From: Escherichia phage EP01
Sequence record: OM135583.1
Direction: 5' to 3' (one strand)
DNA length: 64,000 nt
In this document: positions 19,601 through 37,665 of the stretch, in pieces
Numbering within the stretch: position 1 is the stretch's first letter
Layout: each line of letters opens with the position of its first letter
Made by a program: the position numbers and the translations under genes
The notes under the pieces: generated by a model
What the model was told of the DNA's origin: nothing
Seen by the model: only the letters and a program-made list of their open reading frames with translations
The model's database searches: none

Positions 19601-19729
19601 AGTCCTCTATTTGATGCATCTGGAACAACATTTGCACAATTTAGGGATTTAGTTAATAAACGTCTAAAAGATAATATAGGAAATCCAAGAGACCCTGAAA
19701 ATCCAACACAGGTTAAAATAGATGAATGA
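16631..19729 (+). CDS. 7: baseplate wedge protein gp7
   Basis: 1032 aa, same as T4 gp7; synteny. Confidence 0.9.
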   Translation: MTVKAPSVTSLRISKLSANQVQVRWDDVGANFYYFVEIAETKTDSGENLPSNQYKWVNLGYTANNSFFFDDADPLTSYIIRVATAAQDFEQSDWIYTEEFETFATNAYTFQNMIEMQLANKFIQEKFTLNNSDYVNFNNDTIMAALMNESFQFSPSYVDVSSISNFIIGENEYHEIQGSIQQVCKDINRVYLMESEGILYLFERYQPVVKVSNDKGQTWKAVKLFNDRVGYPLSKTVYYQSASTTYVLGYDKIFYGRKSTDVRWSADDVRFSSQDITFAKLGDQLHLGFDVEIFGTYATLPANVYRIAEAITCTDDYIYVVARDKVRYIKTSNAPIDSDPLSPTYSERLFEPDTMTITGNPKAVCYKMDSVGDKVFALIIGEVETLNANPRTSKIIDSVDKGIYVLNHDTKTWKRVFGNTEEERRRIQPGYANMSTDGKLVSLSSSNFKFLSDNVVNDPETVVKYQLIGAVKYEFPREWLADKHYHMMAFIADEKSDWETFTPQPMKYYAEPFFNWSKKSNTRCWINNSDRVVVVYADLKYTKVIENIPETSPDRLVHEYWDDGDCTIVMPNVKFTGFKKYASGMLFYKASGEIISYYDFNYRVRDTVEIIWKPTEVFLKAFLQNQEHETPWSPEEERGLADPDLRPLIGTMMPDSYLLQDSNFEAFCEAYIQYLSDGYGTQYNNLRNLIRNKYPREEHAWEYLWSEIYKRNIYLNADKRDAVARFFESRSYDFYSTKGIEASYKFLFKVLYNEEVEIEIESGAGTEYDIIVQSDSLTEDLVGQTIYTATGRCNVTYIERSYSNGKLQWTVTIHNLLGRLIAGQEVKAERLPSFEGEIIRGVKGKDLLQNNIDYINRSRSYYVMKIKSNLPSSRWKSDVIRFVHPVGFGFIAITLLTMFINVGLTLKHTETIINKYKNYKWDSGLPTEYADRVAKLTPTGEIEHDSVTGEAIYEPGPMAGVKYPLPDDYNAENNNSIFQGQLPSERRKLMSPLFDASGTTFAQFRDLVNKRLKDNIGNPRDPENPTQVKIDE

Positions 19730-20726
19730 TTCAAGTGTTATCTATCGTGCGATAGTTACTTCAAAATTTAGAACAGAAAAAATGTTGAATTTTTATAATT
19801 CAATTGGAAGTGGTCCGGATAAAAACACTATCTTTATCACATTTGGAAGATCAGAACCGTGGTCATCAAATGAAAATGAGGTGGGATTTGCCCCACCTTA
19901 TCCCACCGATTCTGTATTAGGTGTAACTGACATGTGGACTCATATGATGGGAACCGTGAAGGTTCTTCCATCTATGCTTGATGCAGTTATTCCTCGTCGA
20001 GATTGGGGAGATACTAGATATCCGGATCCATACACATTTAGAATTAACGATATTGTAGTATGTAACTCAGCTCCTTACAATGCTACCGAATCAGGCGCAG
20101 GCTGGTTAGTATATCGTTGTTTAGATGTTCCTGATACCGGAATGTGTTCAATTGAGTCTTTAACTAATAAGGATGAATGCCTTAAGTTAGGTGGAAAATG
20201 GACTCCTTCCGCGAGGTCAATGACTCCTCCTGAAGGTCGAGGAGACGCAGAAGGAACAATCGAGCCTGGAGACGGATATGTTTGGGAATATCTTTTTGAG
20301 ATTCCGCCTGATGTGTCTATAAATAGATGCACGAATGAATATATCGTGGTTCCTTGGCCTGAGGAATTAAAAGAAGACCCGACTAGATGGGGATATGAAG
20401 ATAATCTCACATGGCAGCAAGATGATTTTGGATTAATTTATCGGGTTAAGGCAAATACTATCCGTTTTAAAGCATATTTAGATTCAGTTTATTTTCCTGA
20501 AGCTGCATTGCCGGGAAATAAAGGATTTAGGCAAATATCAATAATCACGAATCCTCTTGAAGCTAAAGCTCATCCAAATGACCCAAACGTTAAAGCTGAA
20601 AAGGATTATTATGATCCAGAAGATTTAATGAGGCATTCGGGCGAAATGATTTATATGGAAAATAGGCCACCTATTATTATGGCAATGGATCAAACAGAAG
20701 AAATCAATATTCTGTTTACATTTTAA
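19722..20726 (+). CDS. 8: baseplate wedge protein gp8
   Basis: 334 aa; synteny; terminator downstream. Confidence 0.9.
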   Translation: MNDSSVIYRAIVTSKFRTEKMLNFYNSIGSGPDKNTIFITFGRSEPWSSNENEVGFAPPYPTDSVLGVTDMWTHMMGTVKVLPSMLDAVIPRRDWGDTRYPDPYTFRINDIVVCNSAPYNATESGAGWLVYRCLDVPDTGMCSIESLTNKDECLKLGGKWTPSARSMTPPEGRGDAEGTIEPGDGYVWEYLFEIPPDVSINRCTNEYIVVPWPEELKEDPTRWGYEDNLTWQQDDFGLIYRVKANTIRFKAYLDSVYFPEAALPGNKGFRQISIITNPLEAKAHPNDPNVKAEKDYYDPEDLMRHSGEMIYMENRPPIIMAMDQTEEINILFTF

Positions 20727-20731
20727 CTTAA

Positions 20732-20757
20732 GGGAGCCCATGGGCTCCCTTTTTCTT
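20732..20757 (+). terminator. rho-independent terminator after gene 8
   Basis: GGGAGCCCA/TGGGCTCCC stem followed by TTTTTCTTT. Confidence 0.75.
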
Positions 20758-20765
20758 TATAAATA
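20758..20765 (+). promoter_or_regulatory. late promoter TATAAATA (gene 9)
   Basis: Exact box immediately after the gene 8 terminator. Confidence 0.7.
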
Positions 20766-20789
20766 CTATAAACTCATAAGGAAACCGCT

Positions 20790-21656
20790 ATGTTCATTCA
20801 AGAACCAAAGAAATTGATTGATACCGGCGAAATTGGTAACGCTTCTACTGGTGATATCTTATTCGACGGTGGTAATAAAATTAATAGTGATTTTAACGCA
20901 ATTTATAATGCGTTTGGCGATCAACGTAAAATGGCAGTAGCAAATGGCACTGGAGCAGATGGCCAAATTATCCATGCTACTGGATATTATCAAAAACACT
21001 CTATTGCAGAGTACGCAACTCCAGTGAAAGTTGGCACTAGGCATGATATTGATACCTCTACTGTAGGTGTTAAAGTTATCATTGAAAGAGGCGAACTTGG
21101 CGACTGCGTTGAATTTATTAACTCAAATGGATCAATATCAGTTACTAATCCTTTAACGATTCAAGCTATTGATTCAATTAAAGGCGTTTCAGGTAATTTG
21201 GTAGTAACTAGCCCATATAGTAAAGTAACTTTACGCTGTATTTCATCTGATAATTCTACATCTGTTTGGAATTATTCTATTGAAAGTATGTTTGGACAAA
21301 AGGAATCACCAGCTGAAGGTACATGGAATATTTCTACATCCGGATCAGTTGATATTCCACTATTTCATCGTATTGAATATAACATGGCTAAATTGTTAGT
21401 TACATGTCAATCGGTAGATGGAAGAAAAATTAAAACGGCAGAAATAAATATTCTTGTGGATACTGTTAATTCAGCGGTCATTTCTTCTGAATATGCTGTC
21501 ATGCGGGTTGGGAATGAAACCGAAGAAGACGAAATCGCTAATATTGCATTTAGTATTAAAGAAAATTATGTAACGGCGACTATAAGTTCTTCAACTGTCG
21601 GTATGAGAGCAGCAGTTAAAGTTATCGCTACGCAGAAAATCGGGGTGGCTCAATAA
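20790..21656 (+). CDS. 9: baseplate protein gp9 (long tail fibre socket)
   Basis: 288 aa; late promoter TATAAATA at 20758; synteny. Confidence 0.9.
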   Translation: MFIQEPKKLIDTGEIGNASTGDILFDGGNKINSDFNAIYNAFGDQRKMAVANGTGADGQIIHATGYYQKHSIAEYATPVKVGTRHDIDTSTVGVKVIIERGELGDCVEFINSNGSISVTNPLTIQAIDSIKGVSGNLVVTSPYSKVTLRCISSDNSTSVWNYSIESMFGQKESPAEGTWNISTSGSVDIPLFHRIEYNMAKLLVTCQSVDGRKIKTAEINILVDTVNSAVISSEYAVMRVGNETEEDEIANIAFSIKENYVTATISSSTVGMRAAVKVIATQKIGVAQ

Positions 21657-23461
21657 TGAAACAAAATATTAATATCGGTAATGTTGTTGATGATGGTACC
21701 GGTGACTACCTGCGTAAAGGTGGTATAAAAATAAATGAAAACTTTGATGAACTTTATTATGAACTTGGTGATGGAGATGTTCCATATTCAGCCGGTGCCT
21801 GGAAAACTTATAATGCTTCATCTGGACAAACACTAACGGCAGAATGGGGAAAATCATATGCCATTAATACTTCGTCTGGAAGAGTAACTCTACAACTTCC
21901 TAAAGGAACTGTTAATGATTACAACAAGGTAATTAGAGCTAGAGACGTATTCGCTACATGGAACATCAATCCAGTTACTTTAGTAGCTGCTTCCGGAGAT
22001 ACAATTAAAGGGTCGTCATCATCGGTTGAAATTAATGTTCAATTTAGTGATTTAGAGTTAGTTTATTGCGCTCCAGGACGTTGGGAATATGTCAAAAACA
22101 AACAAATTGACAAAATTGCTAGTTCAGATATTAGTAATGTAGCTCGCAAAGAATTTTTAGTTGAAGTTCAAGGACAAACTGACTTTTTAGATGTTTTCAA
22201 TGGAACTAGTTATAATGTCAATAACATCAGAGTAAAACATCGTGGTAACGAATTGTATTACGGTGATGTATTTAGCGAAAACAGTGACTTTGGCTCTCCG
22301 GGCGAAAATGAAGGCGAATTAGTTCCTCTTGATGGATTTAATATTAGGCTAAGACAGCCATGTAATATTGGTGACACCGTTCAAATTGAAACATTTATGG
22401 ATGGTGTATCACAATGGAGAAGTTCATATACAAGACGCCAAATAAAAGTACTAGATTCAAAACTAACATCAAAGACTTCTTTAGAAGGAAGCATTTATGT
22501 TACTGATTTATCGGCGATGAAATCAATTCCATTTTCTGCATTTGGATTAATTCCTGGTGAACCCATTAATCCTAACTCTCTTGAGGTTCGTTTTAATGGA
22601 ATTTTACAGCAGCAGGCTGGAACAGCTGGATATCCTCTGTTTTTGTGTGAAGGCGCTAATTCAGATACGCAAGAAGGATGTATATCTCTTGGTGGCGAAT
22701 GGAAAGAATCAAACACCGATTATTCTATAGAATATGAAGACGGAAAACCTATCAGTCTTTTATTTGATAGAAAATTTGAATCCGGTGACATTATCGTTAT
22801 AACATGGTTCAATAATGATTTAGGAACTCTTTTAGAAAAAGATGACATCATTGAATTGACTGATGACCGTTATGTTAGTAAAGGGTCAGCTACTGAAGTT
22901 ACCGGTGATGTGGCCTTAACAGATTTTGATAAAATCGGTTGGCCAAATGTTGAAAAAGTTGATTCTTATACTAGAACGTATAATTCAATATCATCTATTT
23001 TCGACAGCATTTATCCTGTTGGTTCAATTTATGAAAATGCTATAAACCCAAATAATCCGGTGACTTATATGGGATTTGGTTCATGGAAATTATTTGGTAA
23101 AGGACAAGTTTTAGTAGGATGGAATGATGATGTTACGGATCCAAACTTTGCTTTAAACAATAATGATTTAGATTCTAGCGGAAATCCTTCACATACTGCC
23201 GGTGGAACAGTTGGAACAACATCAGTAACGCTTGAAAACGCAAATCTTCCTGCGACTAAAACCGACGAAAGAGTTTTAATTGAAGACGAAAATGGATCGG
23301 TTATTATTGGAGGTTGCCAATATGATCCAGATGAAACTGGTCCTATATATACAAAATATCGTGAAGATTACGCAACAACAAACTCTTCACATACTCCTCC
23401 TGCTAATATTAGTAATATTCAACCGTCTATTACTGTATACCGTTGGATAAGGATTGCATAA
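21656..23461 (+). CDS. 10: baseplate wedge / short-fibre attachment protein gp10
   Basis: 601 aa; N-terminus [23 protein letters not shown] matches my recollection of T4 gp10. Confidence 0.9.
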   Translation: MKQNINIGNVVDDGTGDYLRKGGIKINENFDELYYELGDGDVPYSAGAWKTYNASSGQTLTAEWGKSYAINTSSGRVTLQLPKGTVNDYNKVIRARDVFATWNINPVTLVAASGDTIKGSSSSVEINVQFSDLELVYCAPGRWEYVKNKQIDKIASSDISNVARKEFLVEVQGQTDFLDVFNGTSYNVNNIRVKHRGNELYYGDVFSENSDFGSPGENEGELVPLDGFNIRLRQPCNIGDTVQIETFMDGVSQWRSSYTRRQIKVLDSKLTSKTSLEGSIYVTDLSAMKSIPFSAFGLIPGEPINPNSLEVRFNGILQQQAGTAGYPLFLCEGANSDTQEGCISLGGEWKESNTDYSIEYEDGKPISLLFDRKFESGDIIVITWFNNDLGTLLEKDDIIELTDDRYVSKGSATEVTGDVALTDFDKIGWPNVEKVDSYTRTYNSISSIFDSIYPVGSIYENAINPNNPVTYMGFGSWKLFGKGQVLVGWNDDVTDPNFALNNNDLDSSGNPSHTAGGTVGTTSVTLENANLPATKTDERVLIEDENGSVIIGGCQYDPDETGPIYTKYREDYATTNSSHTPPANISNIQPSITVYRWIRIA

Positions 23462-24120
23462 TGAGTTTACTTAATAATAAAGCGGGAGTTATTTCCCGCT
23501 TAGCAGATTTTCTTGGTTTTAGAACTAAGAAAAATGATATTTCGGTTATGAATAATCAGCCAGTAGGCGCTGTAACAATTTCACAAATAGCAAAAGGTTT
23601 TTATGACCCAAATGTAGAATCTGCTATTAATGATGTTAGAAATATGGCAGAGCAACAGGTTGGAACTGTATTAGTTAATATAAGTGGCGTATCTCCTACT
23701 GGCGTGCAGCAAACAGACTACTGGTCATTTGAAGGAACTGTCAATGATACTTCAGCCAAACCAGGTGACCCAGTTATTGTTAACATGTTTGGCATTCCTG
23801 TTAAAGCTACTAATGGAATGACTTCAATCGAATTTACCAGTGCCGTTAGAATAGCTCTACAGGAAATGGTAGCAAAATTTATTGCAATTGATTCATTTGA
23901 AGACCATCCTACCATAGGAAATAAAATACAAGTTAAGTATTTAGATAACCAAGAACATATCTTAGAACAATACTCTGATAAAGGAATTACTTTCAAACAG
24001 GAAATAATTTCTCCTTCTAAACCTGGGTACGGAACTTGGCAATTATTAGGTGCGCAAACTGTTACGCTAGATAGCCACACACAACCTACAGTATTTTATT
24101 ATTTTGAGAGAGTAGCATGA
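23461..24120 (+). CDS. 11: baseplate wedge protein gp11
   Basis: 219 aa from ATG overlapping gene 10 stop (TAATG); ORF track extends 6 codons upstream. Confidence 0.85.
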   Translation: MSLLNNKAGVISRLADFLGFRTKKNDISVMNNQPVGAVTISQIAKGFYDPNVESAINDVRNMAEQQVGTVLVNISGVSPTGVQQTDYWSFEGTVNDTSAKPGDPVIVNMFGIPVKATNGMTSIEFTSAVRIALQEMVAKFIAIDSFEDHPTIGNKIQVKYLDNQEHILEQYSDKGITFKQEIISPSKPGYGTWQLLGAQTVTLDSHTQPTVFYYFERVA

Positions 24121-25673
24121 GTAACAATACATATCAGCACGTATCAAATGAATCAAAATATGTTAAATTCGATCCTACTGGATCGAATTTTCCTAACACT
24201 GTTACGACAGTGCAGTCTGCATTATCAAAAATAAGTAATATCGGCGTAAATGGTATTCCTGATGCAACTATGGAAGTTAAAGGAATAGCAATGATTGCGT
24301 CAGAACAAGAGGTTTTAGATGGAACTAATAATTCTAAAATCGTTACGCCAGCTACATTAGCAACAAGGTTATTATACCCAAATGCTACTGAAACTAAATA
24401 TGGTTTAACGCGTTATTCAACAAATGAAGAAACGTTAGAAGGCTCAGATAATAATTCATCAATAACGCCGCAAAAACTGAAATACCATACTGACGATGTG
24501 TTCCAAAATAGATATTCGTCTGAGTCATCAAACGGGGTTATTAAAATATCATCTACACCTGCAGCTTTAGCTGGAGTTGATGATACTACGGCAATGACTC
24601 CATTAAAAACGCAAAAACTTGCAATAAAATTAATTTCACAAATAGCTCCTTCCGAAGATACTGCATCAGAATCTGTGAGAGGTGTAGTTCAATTATCTAC
24701 TGTTGCGCAAACTCGTCAAGGAACTCTCCGCGAAGGATATGCAATTTCTCCGTATACCTTTATGAATTCTGTTGCAACACAAGAATATAAGGGTGTTATA
24801 CGTTTAGGAACACAATCGGAAATTAACAGTAATTTGGGAGATGTTGCAGTAACGGGTGAAACACTAAATGGTCGAGGAGCTACTGGTTCTATGCGTGGAG
24901 TAGTTAAATTAACGACGCAAGCCGGTATTGCCCCTGAAGGTGATAGCTCTGGTGCATTAGCATGGAACGCAGATGTAATTAATACTCGTGGTGGACAAAC
25001 TATTAATGGTTCTTTAAATTTAGACCATCTTACAGCAAATGGAATTTGGTCACGCGGCGGTATGTGGAAAAATGGCGATCAACCTGTTGCCACTGAAAGA
25101 TATGCGTCCGAAAGGGTTCCAGTCGGAACTATTATGATGTTTGCGGGTGATTCAGCACCTCCTGGTTGGATTATGTGCCACGGTGGAACCGTCTCAGGTG
25201 CCCAATTTCCTGATTATAGAAACACAGTTGGAACAAGATTTGGTGGTGATTGGAATAATCCTGGTATTCCTGATATGCGAGGTCTTTTTGTTAGAGGAGC
25301 TGGCACAGGCAGTCATATTTTAAATCAACGCGGACAAAATGGTTATGGGAAGGATAGACTTGGTGTAGGATGCGACGGAATGCATGTTGGTGGTGTTCAG
25401 GCACAACAAATGTCATACCATAAACATGCTGGTGCCTGGGGGGAAAATGGAAATAACAGAGGTTATGCACCGTTTGGCGCATCTAATCGCAGTGGATATT
25501 TAGGCAATGGTAAAAGCGCCGACTGGGACAACCATTTGTTCTTTACTAACGACGGATTTGAAATGGGTGGTGCTCGTGACTCGTTTGGCACGTTAAACCG
25601 TGAAGGATTAATTGGTTATGAAACTAGACCATGGAATATATCATTAAACTATATTATTAAAGTTCATTACTAA
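24117..25673 (+). CDS. 12: short tail fibre protein gp12
   Basis: 518 aa (T4 about 527 from memory); C-terminal His-rich receptor-binding region ([15 protein letters not shown]); synteny. Confidence 0.88.
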   Translation: MSNNTYQHVSNESKYVKFDPTGSNFPNTVTTVQSALSKISNIGVNGIPDATMEVKGIAMIASEQEVLDGTNNSKIVTPATLATRLLYPNATETKYGLTRYSTNEETLEGSDNNSSITPQKLKYHTDDVFQNRYSSESSNGVIKISSTPAALAGVDDTTAMTPLKTQKLAIKLISQIAPSEDTASESVRGVVQLSTVAQTRQGTLREGYAISPYTFMNSVATQEYKGVIRLGTQSEINSNLGDVAVTGETLNGRGATGSMRGVVKLTTQAGIAPEGDSSGALAWNADVINTRGGQTINGSLNLDHLTANGIWSRGGMWKNGDQPVATERYASERVPVGTIMMFAGDSAPPGWIMCHGGTVSGAQFPDYRNTVGTRFGGDWNNPGIPDMRGLFVRGAGTGSHILNQRGQNGYGKDRLGVGCDGMHVGGVQAQQMSYHKHAGAWGENGNNRGYAPFGASNRSGYLGNGKSADWDNHLFFTNDGFEMGGARDSFGTLNREGLIGYETRPWNISLNYIIKVHY

Positions 25674-25682
25674 GGATTACAA

Positions 25683-27140
25683 ATGATTGAATTAAAAGAG
25701 TTACCTTTTGTTGATAGCGTTCCTGGCGAAGGCCAGGAACGTATTTCATGGATTAAAAATGGTGAAGAAGTATTAGGAGCTAGTACTAAGTATGGAAATG
25801 ATGGATCAATGAATAGACCAATTGTTTCCGTGTTTAAAAACGTCGAAGTTCTTGATGAAAATGTGGGAATTCTTAAAACTGCCATTGAAACATCACAGAA
25901 AGATATTAAAACAATTCAAGGAGTTTTAGATGTATCTGGTGATATTGAAGCTTTGGCCCAAATAAGTATCAATAAAAAGGATATTTCTGACCTTAAAACG
26001 CTAACCAGTGAACATACAGAAATATTAAATGGGACTAATAGTACGGTTGACAGCATTCTTGCTGATATTGGTCCATTTAACTCCGAGGCCAACTCTGTAT
26101 ACAGAACGATCAGAAATGATTTACTATGGATAAAGCGTGAACTTGGACAATATACAGGCCAAGATATTAATGGTCTTCCTGTTGTAGGAAATCCTAGCAC
26201 AGGAATGAAGCATCGCATTATTAATAATACTGATGTCATTACTTCACAGGGAATACGTTTAAGCGAATTAGAAACAAAATTTATTGAATCTGATGTAGGT
26301 TCTTTAACTATTGAAGTTGGTAATCTTCGTGAAGAGCTTGGACCAAAACCACCATCATTTTCACAAACCGTTTACAGTCGCTTAAATGAAATTGACACTA
26401 AACAGACAACAGTTGAGTCTGACATTAGTGCTATTAAGACCTCAATAGGATATCCAGGAAATAATTCGATTATTACGAGTGTTAATACAAACACTGATAA
26501 TATTGCATCTATTAATTTAGAGCTAAATCAAAGTGGAGGTATTAAACAGCGTTTAACCGTTATTGAAACTTCTATTGGTTCAGATGATATTCCTTCGAGT
26601 ATTAAAGGCCAAATCAAAGATAATACAACTTCAATCGAAGCTCTAAATGGAATCGTCGGTGAAAACACTTCATCCGGTTTAAGAGCGAATGTTTCGTGGT
26701 TAAACCAAATTGTTGGAACTGATTCTAGCGGTGGACAACCTTCTCCTCCTGGGTCTCTTTTAAACCGAGTTTCTACAATTGAAACTTCTGTTTCAAGCTT
26801 GAACAACGATGTTCAAAACCTACAAGTAGAGATTGGTAATAACAGCACAGGAATTAAAGGACAAGTTGTAGCGTTAAATACTTTAGTAAATGGAACTAAT
26901 CCAAACGGTTCAACTGTCGAAGAACGTGGATTAACCAATTCAATAAAAGCTAACGAAACCAACCTTGCATCAGTTACACAAGAAGTGAATACAGCCAAAG
27001 GTAGTATATCTTCTCTGCAAGGTGATGTTCAAGCTCTACAAGAAGCAGGTTATATTCCTGAAGCTCCAAAAGATGGTCAAGCTTACGTTCGTAAAGACGG
27101 CGAATGGGTATTACTTTCTACCTTTTTATCACCAGCATAA
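25683..27140 (+). CDS. wac: fibritin (whisker antigen control)
   Basis: 485 aa coiled-coil protein; C-terminal foldon [27 protein letters not shown]. Confidence 0.95.
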   Translation: MIELKELPFVDSVPGEGQERISWIKNGEEVLGASTKYGNDGSMNRPIVSVFKNVEVLDENVGILKTAIETSQKDIKTIQGVLDVSGDIEALAQISINKKDISDLKTLTSEHTEILNGTNSTVDSILADIGPFNSEANSVYRTIRNDLLWIKRELGQYTGQDINGLPVVGNPSTGMKHRIINNTDVITSQGIRLSELETKFIESDVGSLTIEVGNLREELGPKPPSFSQTVYSRLNEIDTKQTTVESDISAIKTSIGYPGNNSIITSVNTNTDNIASINLELNQSGGIKQRLTVIETSIGSDDIPSSIKGQIKDNTTSIEALNGIVGENTSSGLRANVSWLNQIVGTDSSGGQPSPPGSLLNRVSTIETSVSSLNNDVQNLQVEIGNNSTGIKGQVVALNTLVNGTNPNGSTVEERGLTNSIKANETNLASVTQEVNTAKGSISSLQGDVQALQEAGYIPEAPKDGQAYVRKDGEWVLLSTFLSPA

Positions 27141-27143
27141 CAT

Positions 27144-27159
27144 GGGGCCGCAAGGCCCC
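27144..27159 (+). terminator. GNRA tetraloop hairpin after wac
   Basis: GGGGCC-GCAA-GGCCCC; weak U-tract. Confidence 0.5.
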
Positions 27160-27172
27160 AAAGGATTTTTAA

Positions 27173-28874
<1,702 letters not shown>

Positions 28875-28915
28875 TAAATATTATAAACTAATTAAAGCCC
28901 AGATTAGGAGAAATC

Positions 28916-32056
<3,141 letters not shown>

Positions 32057-32084
32057 TATTAAAGCATATTAAAGAGGATTAAAA

Positions 32085-34064
32085 ATGACTTTATTATCTC
32101 CGGGCATTGAGCTCAAAGAAACTACGGTTCAAAGCACCGTGGTTAATAACTCTACTGGTACAGCAGCTTTGGCCGGTAAATTCCAGTGGGGTCCTGCTTT
32201 TCAGATCAAACAGGTTACAAATGAAGTAGATTTAGTTAATACTTTTGGTCAACCTACAGCTGAAACTGCTGACTATTTTATGTCTGCAATGAATTTCTTA
32301 CAATATGGAAATGATTTGCGAGTTGTGCGTGCTGTCGATAGAGATACCGCTAAAAACTCATCTCCGATTGCTGGTAATATTGAATACACTATTTCTACCC
32401 CAGGTAGTAACTACGCGGTTGGAGATAAAATCACAGTTAAGTATGTTTCAGAAGACATTGAAACGGAAGGTAAAATTACCGAAGTAGATGCTGATGGAAA
32501 AATTAAGAAAATTAATATTCCTACTGCAAAAATTATCGCTAAAGCGAAAGAAGTTGGTGAATATCCAGCATTAGGTTCTAACTGGACCGCGGAAATTTCT
32601 TCGTCTTCCTCTGGTTTAGCTGCAGTAATAACTCTTGGAAAAATTATTACTGATTCTGGTATTTTATTAGCTGAAATTGAAAATGCCGAAGCTGCTATGA
32701 CAGCGGTTGAATTTCAAACAAATCTCGAAAAATATGGAATTCCAGGAGTAGTAGCTCTTTATCCGGGCGAGTTGGGCGATAAAATCGAAATTGAAATCGT
32801 ATCTAAAGCTGACTACGCAAAAGGTGCTTCTGCATTACTCCCAATTTATCCAGGTGGCGGGACACGTGCATCTACTGCCAAAGCAGTGTTTGGATATGGA
32901 CCACAAACTGATTCGCAATACGCTATTATAGTTCGTCGTAATGATGCTATTGTTCAAAGCGTTGTTCTTTCAACAAAGCGTGGTGAAAAAGATATTTACG
33001 ATAGTAACATCTACATTGATGACTTTTTCGCAAAAGGCGGTTCAGAATATATTTTCGCAACTGCACAAAATTGGCCAGAAGGATTCTCTGGAATTTTAAC
33101 TCTGTCTGGTGGATTATCATCAAATGCTGAAGTAACAGCAGGAGATTTGATGGAAGCTTGGGACTTCTTTGCTGACCGCGAATCTGTTGACGTTCAGTTG
33201 TTTATTGCGGGTTCTTGTGCCGGTGAATCTTTAGAAACAGCATCTACTGTCCAAAAACACGTCGTTTCAATTGGGGATGCTCGTCAAGATTGCTTAGTAT
33301 TATGCTCACCACCACGTGAAACTGTAGTTGGAATTCCTGTAACTCGCGCTGTTGATAACTTAGTCAATTGGAGAACTGCAACAGGTTCATACACTGATAA
33401 TAACTTTAATATCAGTTCAACCTACGCAGCAATTGATGGTAACTACAAATATCAGTATGACAAATATAATGATGTCAATCGCTGGGTTCCATTAGCAGCT
33501 GATATTGCAGGTTTATGCGCAAGAACCGATAACGTTTCTCAGACTTGGATGTCTCCAGCTGGTTATAATCGTGGCCAGATTCTTAACGTTATTAAACTTG
33601 CTATTGAAACTCGCCAGGCGCAGCGCGACCGTTTATACCAAGAAGCTATCAACCCGGTAACCGGTACAGGTGGTGATGGTTACGTATTATATGGTGATAA
33701 AACAGCTACTTCTGTTCCTTCTCCATTTGATCGTATTAACGTTCGTCGTCTGTTTAATATGTTGAAAACGAATATCGGACGTAGTTCAAAATATCGTTTG
33801 TTCGAATTAAACAACGCGTTTACTCGTTCATCATTCCGCACAGAAACTGCCCAATACTTGCAGGGAATTAAAGCTCTCGGTGGAATTTATGAATATCGTG
33901 TAGTTTGCGATACAACAAATAACACTCCGTCAGTAATTGATAGAAATGAGTTTGTTGCAACATTCTACATCCAACCGGCTAGAAGCATTAACTACATTAC
34001 CTTGAACTTCGTAGCAACTGCTACAGGTGCAGATTTCGATGAGTTAACTGGTCTTGCAGGTTAA
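32085..34064 (+). CDS. 18: tail sheath protein gp18
   Basis: 659 aa; late promoter TATAAATA at 32049; synteny. Confidence 0.95.
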   Translation: MTLLSPGIELKETTVQSTVVNNSTGTAALAGKFQWGPAFQIKQVTNEVDLVNTFGQPTAETADYFMSAMNFLQYGNDLRVVRAVDRDTAKNSSPIAGNIEYTISTPGSNYAVGDKITVKYVSEDIETEGKITEVDADGKIKKINIPTAKIIAKAKEVGEYPALGSNWTAEISSSSSGLAAVITLGKIITDSGILLAEIENAEAAMTAVEFQTNLEKYGIPGVVALYPGELGDKIEIEIVSKADYAKGASALLPIYPGGGTRASTAKAVFGYGPQTDSQYAIIVRRNDAIVQSVVLSTKRGEKDIYDSNIYIDDFFAKGGSEYIFATAQNWPEGFSGILTLSGGLSSNAEVTAGDLMEAWDFFADRESVDVQLFIAGSCAGESLETASTVQKHVVSIGDARQDCLVLCSPPRETVVGIPVTRAVDNLVNWRTATGSYTDNNFNISSTYAAIDGNYKYQYDKYNDVNRWVPLAADIAGLCARTDNVSQTWMSPAGYNRGQILNVIKLAIETRQAQRDRLYQEAINPVTGTGGDGYVLYGDKTATSVPSPFDRINVRRLFNMLKTNIGRSSKYRLFELNNAFTRSSFRTETAQYLQGIKALGGIYEYRVVCDTTNNTPSVIDRNEFVATFYIQPARSINYITLNFVATATGADFDELTGLAG

Positions 34065-34080
34065 TACGGTGCATTCTAAA

Positions 34081-34098
34081 GGCCTGTTTCGGCAGGCC
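34081..34098 (+). terminator. hairpin after gene 18
   Basis: GGCCTG-TTTCGG-CAGGCC stem-loop preceding the gene 19 late promoters. Confidence 0.45.
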
Positions 34099-34099
34099 A

Positions 34100-34107
34100 T
34101 ATAAATA
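34100..34107 (+). promoter_or_regulatory. late promoter TATAAATA (gene 19, distal)
   Basis: Exact box. Confidence 0.6.
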
Positions 34108-34158
34108 CACTATATCCTTAATTCTTTAATTCTATATGCCCTAGGTTAAACATAGGGA

Positions 34159-34166
34159 TATAAATA
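34159..34166 (+). promoter_or_regulatory. late promoter TATAAATA (gene 19, proximal)
   Basis: Exact box 15 nt upstream of ATG. Confidence 0.7.
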
Positions 34167-34180
34167 CTACAGAGGCTAAT

Positions 34181-34672
34181 ATGTTTGTAGATGATGTAAC
34201 ACGAGCGTTTGAATCTGGTGATTTTGCTCGACCTAACTTATTCCAAGTAGAAATTTCTTATCTTGGACAAAATTTTACGTTTCAATGTAAAGCCACTGCT
34301 TTACCAGCTGGTATTGTAGAAAAAATTCCAGTCGGATTTATGAACCGTAAAATTAACGTAGCAGGCGATCGTACATTCGATGACTGGACTATTACAGTAA
34401 TGAATGATGAGGCGCATGATGCACGTCAGAAGTTTGTTGACTGGCAAAGCATTGCTGCTGGGCAAGGAAACGAAATTACTGGTGGAAAACCAGCAGAGTA
34501 TAAAAAGAGTGCTATTGTACGCCAATATGCTCGTGACGCTAAAACTGTAACAAAAGAAGTCGAAATTAAAGGCCTGTGGCCTACTAACGTGGGTGAACTT
34601 CAGTTAGATTGGGATTCAAACAATGAAATCCAAACCTTTGAAGTAACTCTCGCTCTCGATTATTGGGAATAA
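34181..34672 (+). CDS. 19: tail tube protein gp19
   Basis: 163 aa; two TATAAATA boxes upstream; synteny. Confidence 0.95.
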   Translation: MFVDDVTRAFESGDFARPNLFQVEISYLGQNFTFQCKATALPAGIVEKIPVGFMNRKINVAGDRTFDDWTITVMNDEAHDARQKFVDWQSIAAGQGNEITGGKPAEYKKSAIVRQYARDAKTVTKEVEIKGLWPTNVGELQLDWDSNNEIQTFEVTLALDYWE

Positions 34673-34704
34673 AATGAATGGGGAGAAATCCCCATCCTGC
34701 TTAA

Positions 34705-36329
<1,625 letters not shown>

Positions 36330-36330
<1 letters not shown>

Positions 36331-36572
36331 TGGAAGGTTTAATTGAAGCTATTAAATCAAACGACCTCGTAGCCGCTCGTAAATTATTTGCTGAAGCCAT
36401 GGCTGCAAGAACGATTGATTTAATTAAAGAAGAAAAAATCGCTATCGCCCGTAATTTCTTAATCGAAGGTGAAGAACCTGAAGACGAGGATGATGACGAA
36501 GATGGTGATGATAAAGACGACAAAAAAGACAAAGACTCTGACGAAGATGACGAAGACGAGGATGATGAATAA
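36330..36572 (+). CDS. 67: prohead core protein gp67
   Basis: 80 aa with extremely acidic C-terminal tail ([33 protein letters not shown]). Confidence 0.9.
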
Positions 36573-36997
36573 TGCTTCTGATCCCTGAAACTCATGAATT
36601 AGTTCTCGAGAATGTCGAAGCACTTATTCCTGAAGCACAGGGTCGCTTTGACGAATTGTCTTCTGCTTTAAATAAAGACGATATAAATACAATTATCGAG
36701 AATATGCTTGATGATGAAACTGATTTAGCAGTTGCATTAGCTTCTATTAATGAAAATATGCCGTTAAATGAATTCATTGTTAAGCATGTTTCAGCTCGTG
36801 GTGAAATTACACGTACTAAAGACCGCAAAACACGCGAACGTAATGCATTTCAAACCACCGGGCTGTCTAAAGCAAAACGTAGACAAATTGCTCGCAAAGC
36901 TACCAAAACGAAGATTGCCAATCCAGCAGGTCAATCTCGTGCTCAGCGTAAGCGTAAAAAAGCTCTTAAACGCCGTAAAGCATTAGGATTAAGCTAA
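36572..36997 (+). CDS. 68: prohead core protein gp68
   Basis: 141 aa; basic C-terminus; synteny. Confidence 0.88.
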   Translation: MLLIPETHELVLENVEALIPEAQGRFDELSSALNKDDINTIIENMLDDETDLAVALASINENMPLNEFIVKHVSARGEITRTKDRKTRERNAFQTTGLSKAKRRQIARKATKTKIANPAGQSRAQRKRKKALKRRKALGLS

Positions 36998-37635
36998 TGA
37001 ATGAACCCCAATTACTAATTGAAACTTGGGGTCAACCTGGCGAAATTATTGATGGTGTGCCAATGCTTGAATCCCACGATGGAAAAGACTTAGGTTTAAA
37101 ACCGGGTTTATACATCGAAGGAATATTCATGCAAGCAGAAGTCGTCAATAGAAATAAACGTCTTTATCCAAAACGCATATTAGAAAAAGCGGTAAAAGAC
37201 TATATTAATGAGCAAGTTTTAACTAAACAGGCTCTCGGAGAATTAAATCATCCTCCACGCGCTAATGTTGACCCGATGCAAGCCGCTATCATTATAGAAG
37301 ATATGTGGTGGAAAGGAAATGACGTATACGGACGAGCTCGTGTTATTGAAGGTGACCACGGTCCTGGAGATAAATTAGCAGCTAATATTCGTGCCGGATG
37401 GATTCCAGGAGTTTCTTCTCGTGGATTAGGTTCATTGACTGACACAAATAAAGGTTATCGTATCGTAAACGAAGGATTCAAATTAACTGTAGGTGTTGAT
37501 GCAGTATGGGGTCCAAGTGCTCCAGATGCATGGGTAACTCCTAAGGAAATTACCGAATCACAGACGGCGGAAGCCGATACAAGTGCCGATGACGCCTATA
37601 TGGCTCTCGCAGAGGCCATGAAAAAAGCGTTATAA
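36997..37635 (+). CDS. 21: prohead core protease gp21
   Basis: 212 aa; synteny between 68 and 22. Confidence 0.92.
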   Translation: MNEPQLLIETWGQPGEIIDGVPMLESHDGKDLGLKPGLYIEGIFMQAEVVNRNKRLYPKRILEKAVKDYINEQVLTKQALGELNHPPRANVDPMQAAIIIEDMWWKGNDVYGRARVIEGDHGPGDKLAANIRAGWIPGVSSRGLGSLTDTNKGYRIVNEGFKLTVGVDAVWGPSAPDAWVTPKEITESQTAEADTSADDAYMALAEAMKKAL

Positions 37636-37639
37636 ATAT
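37632..37639 (+). promoter_or_regulatory. late promoter TATAAATA (gene 22)
   Basis: Exact box in the 21-22 intergenic region. Confidence 0.7.
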
Positions 37640-37665
37640 TATTATCTAAACAACAGGACTACAAA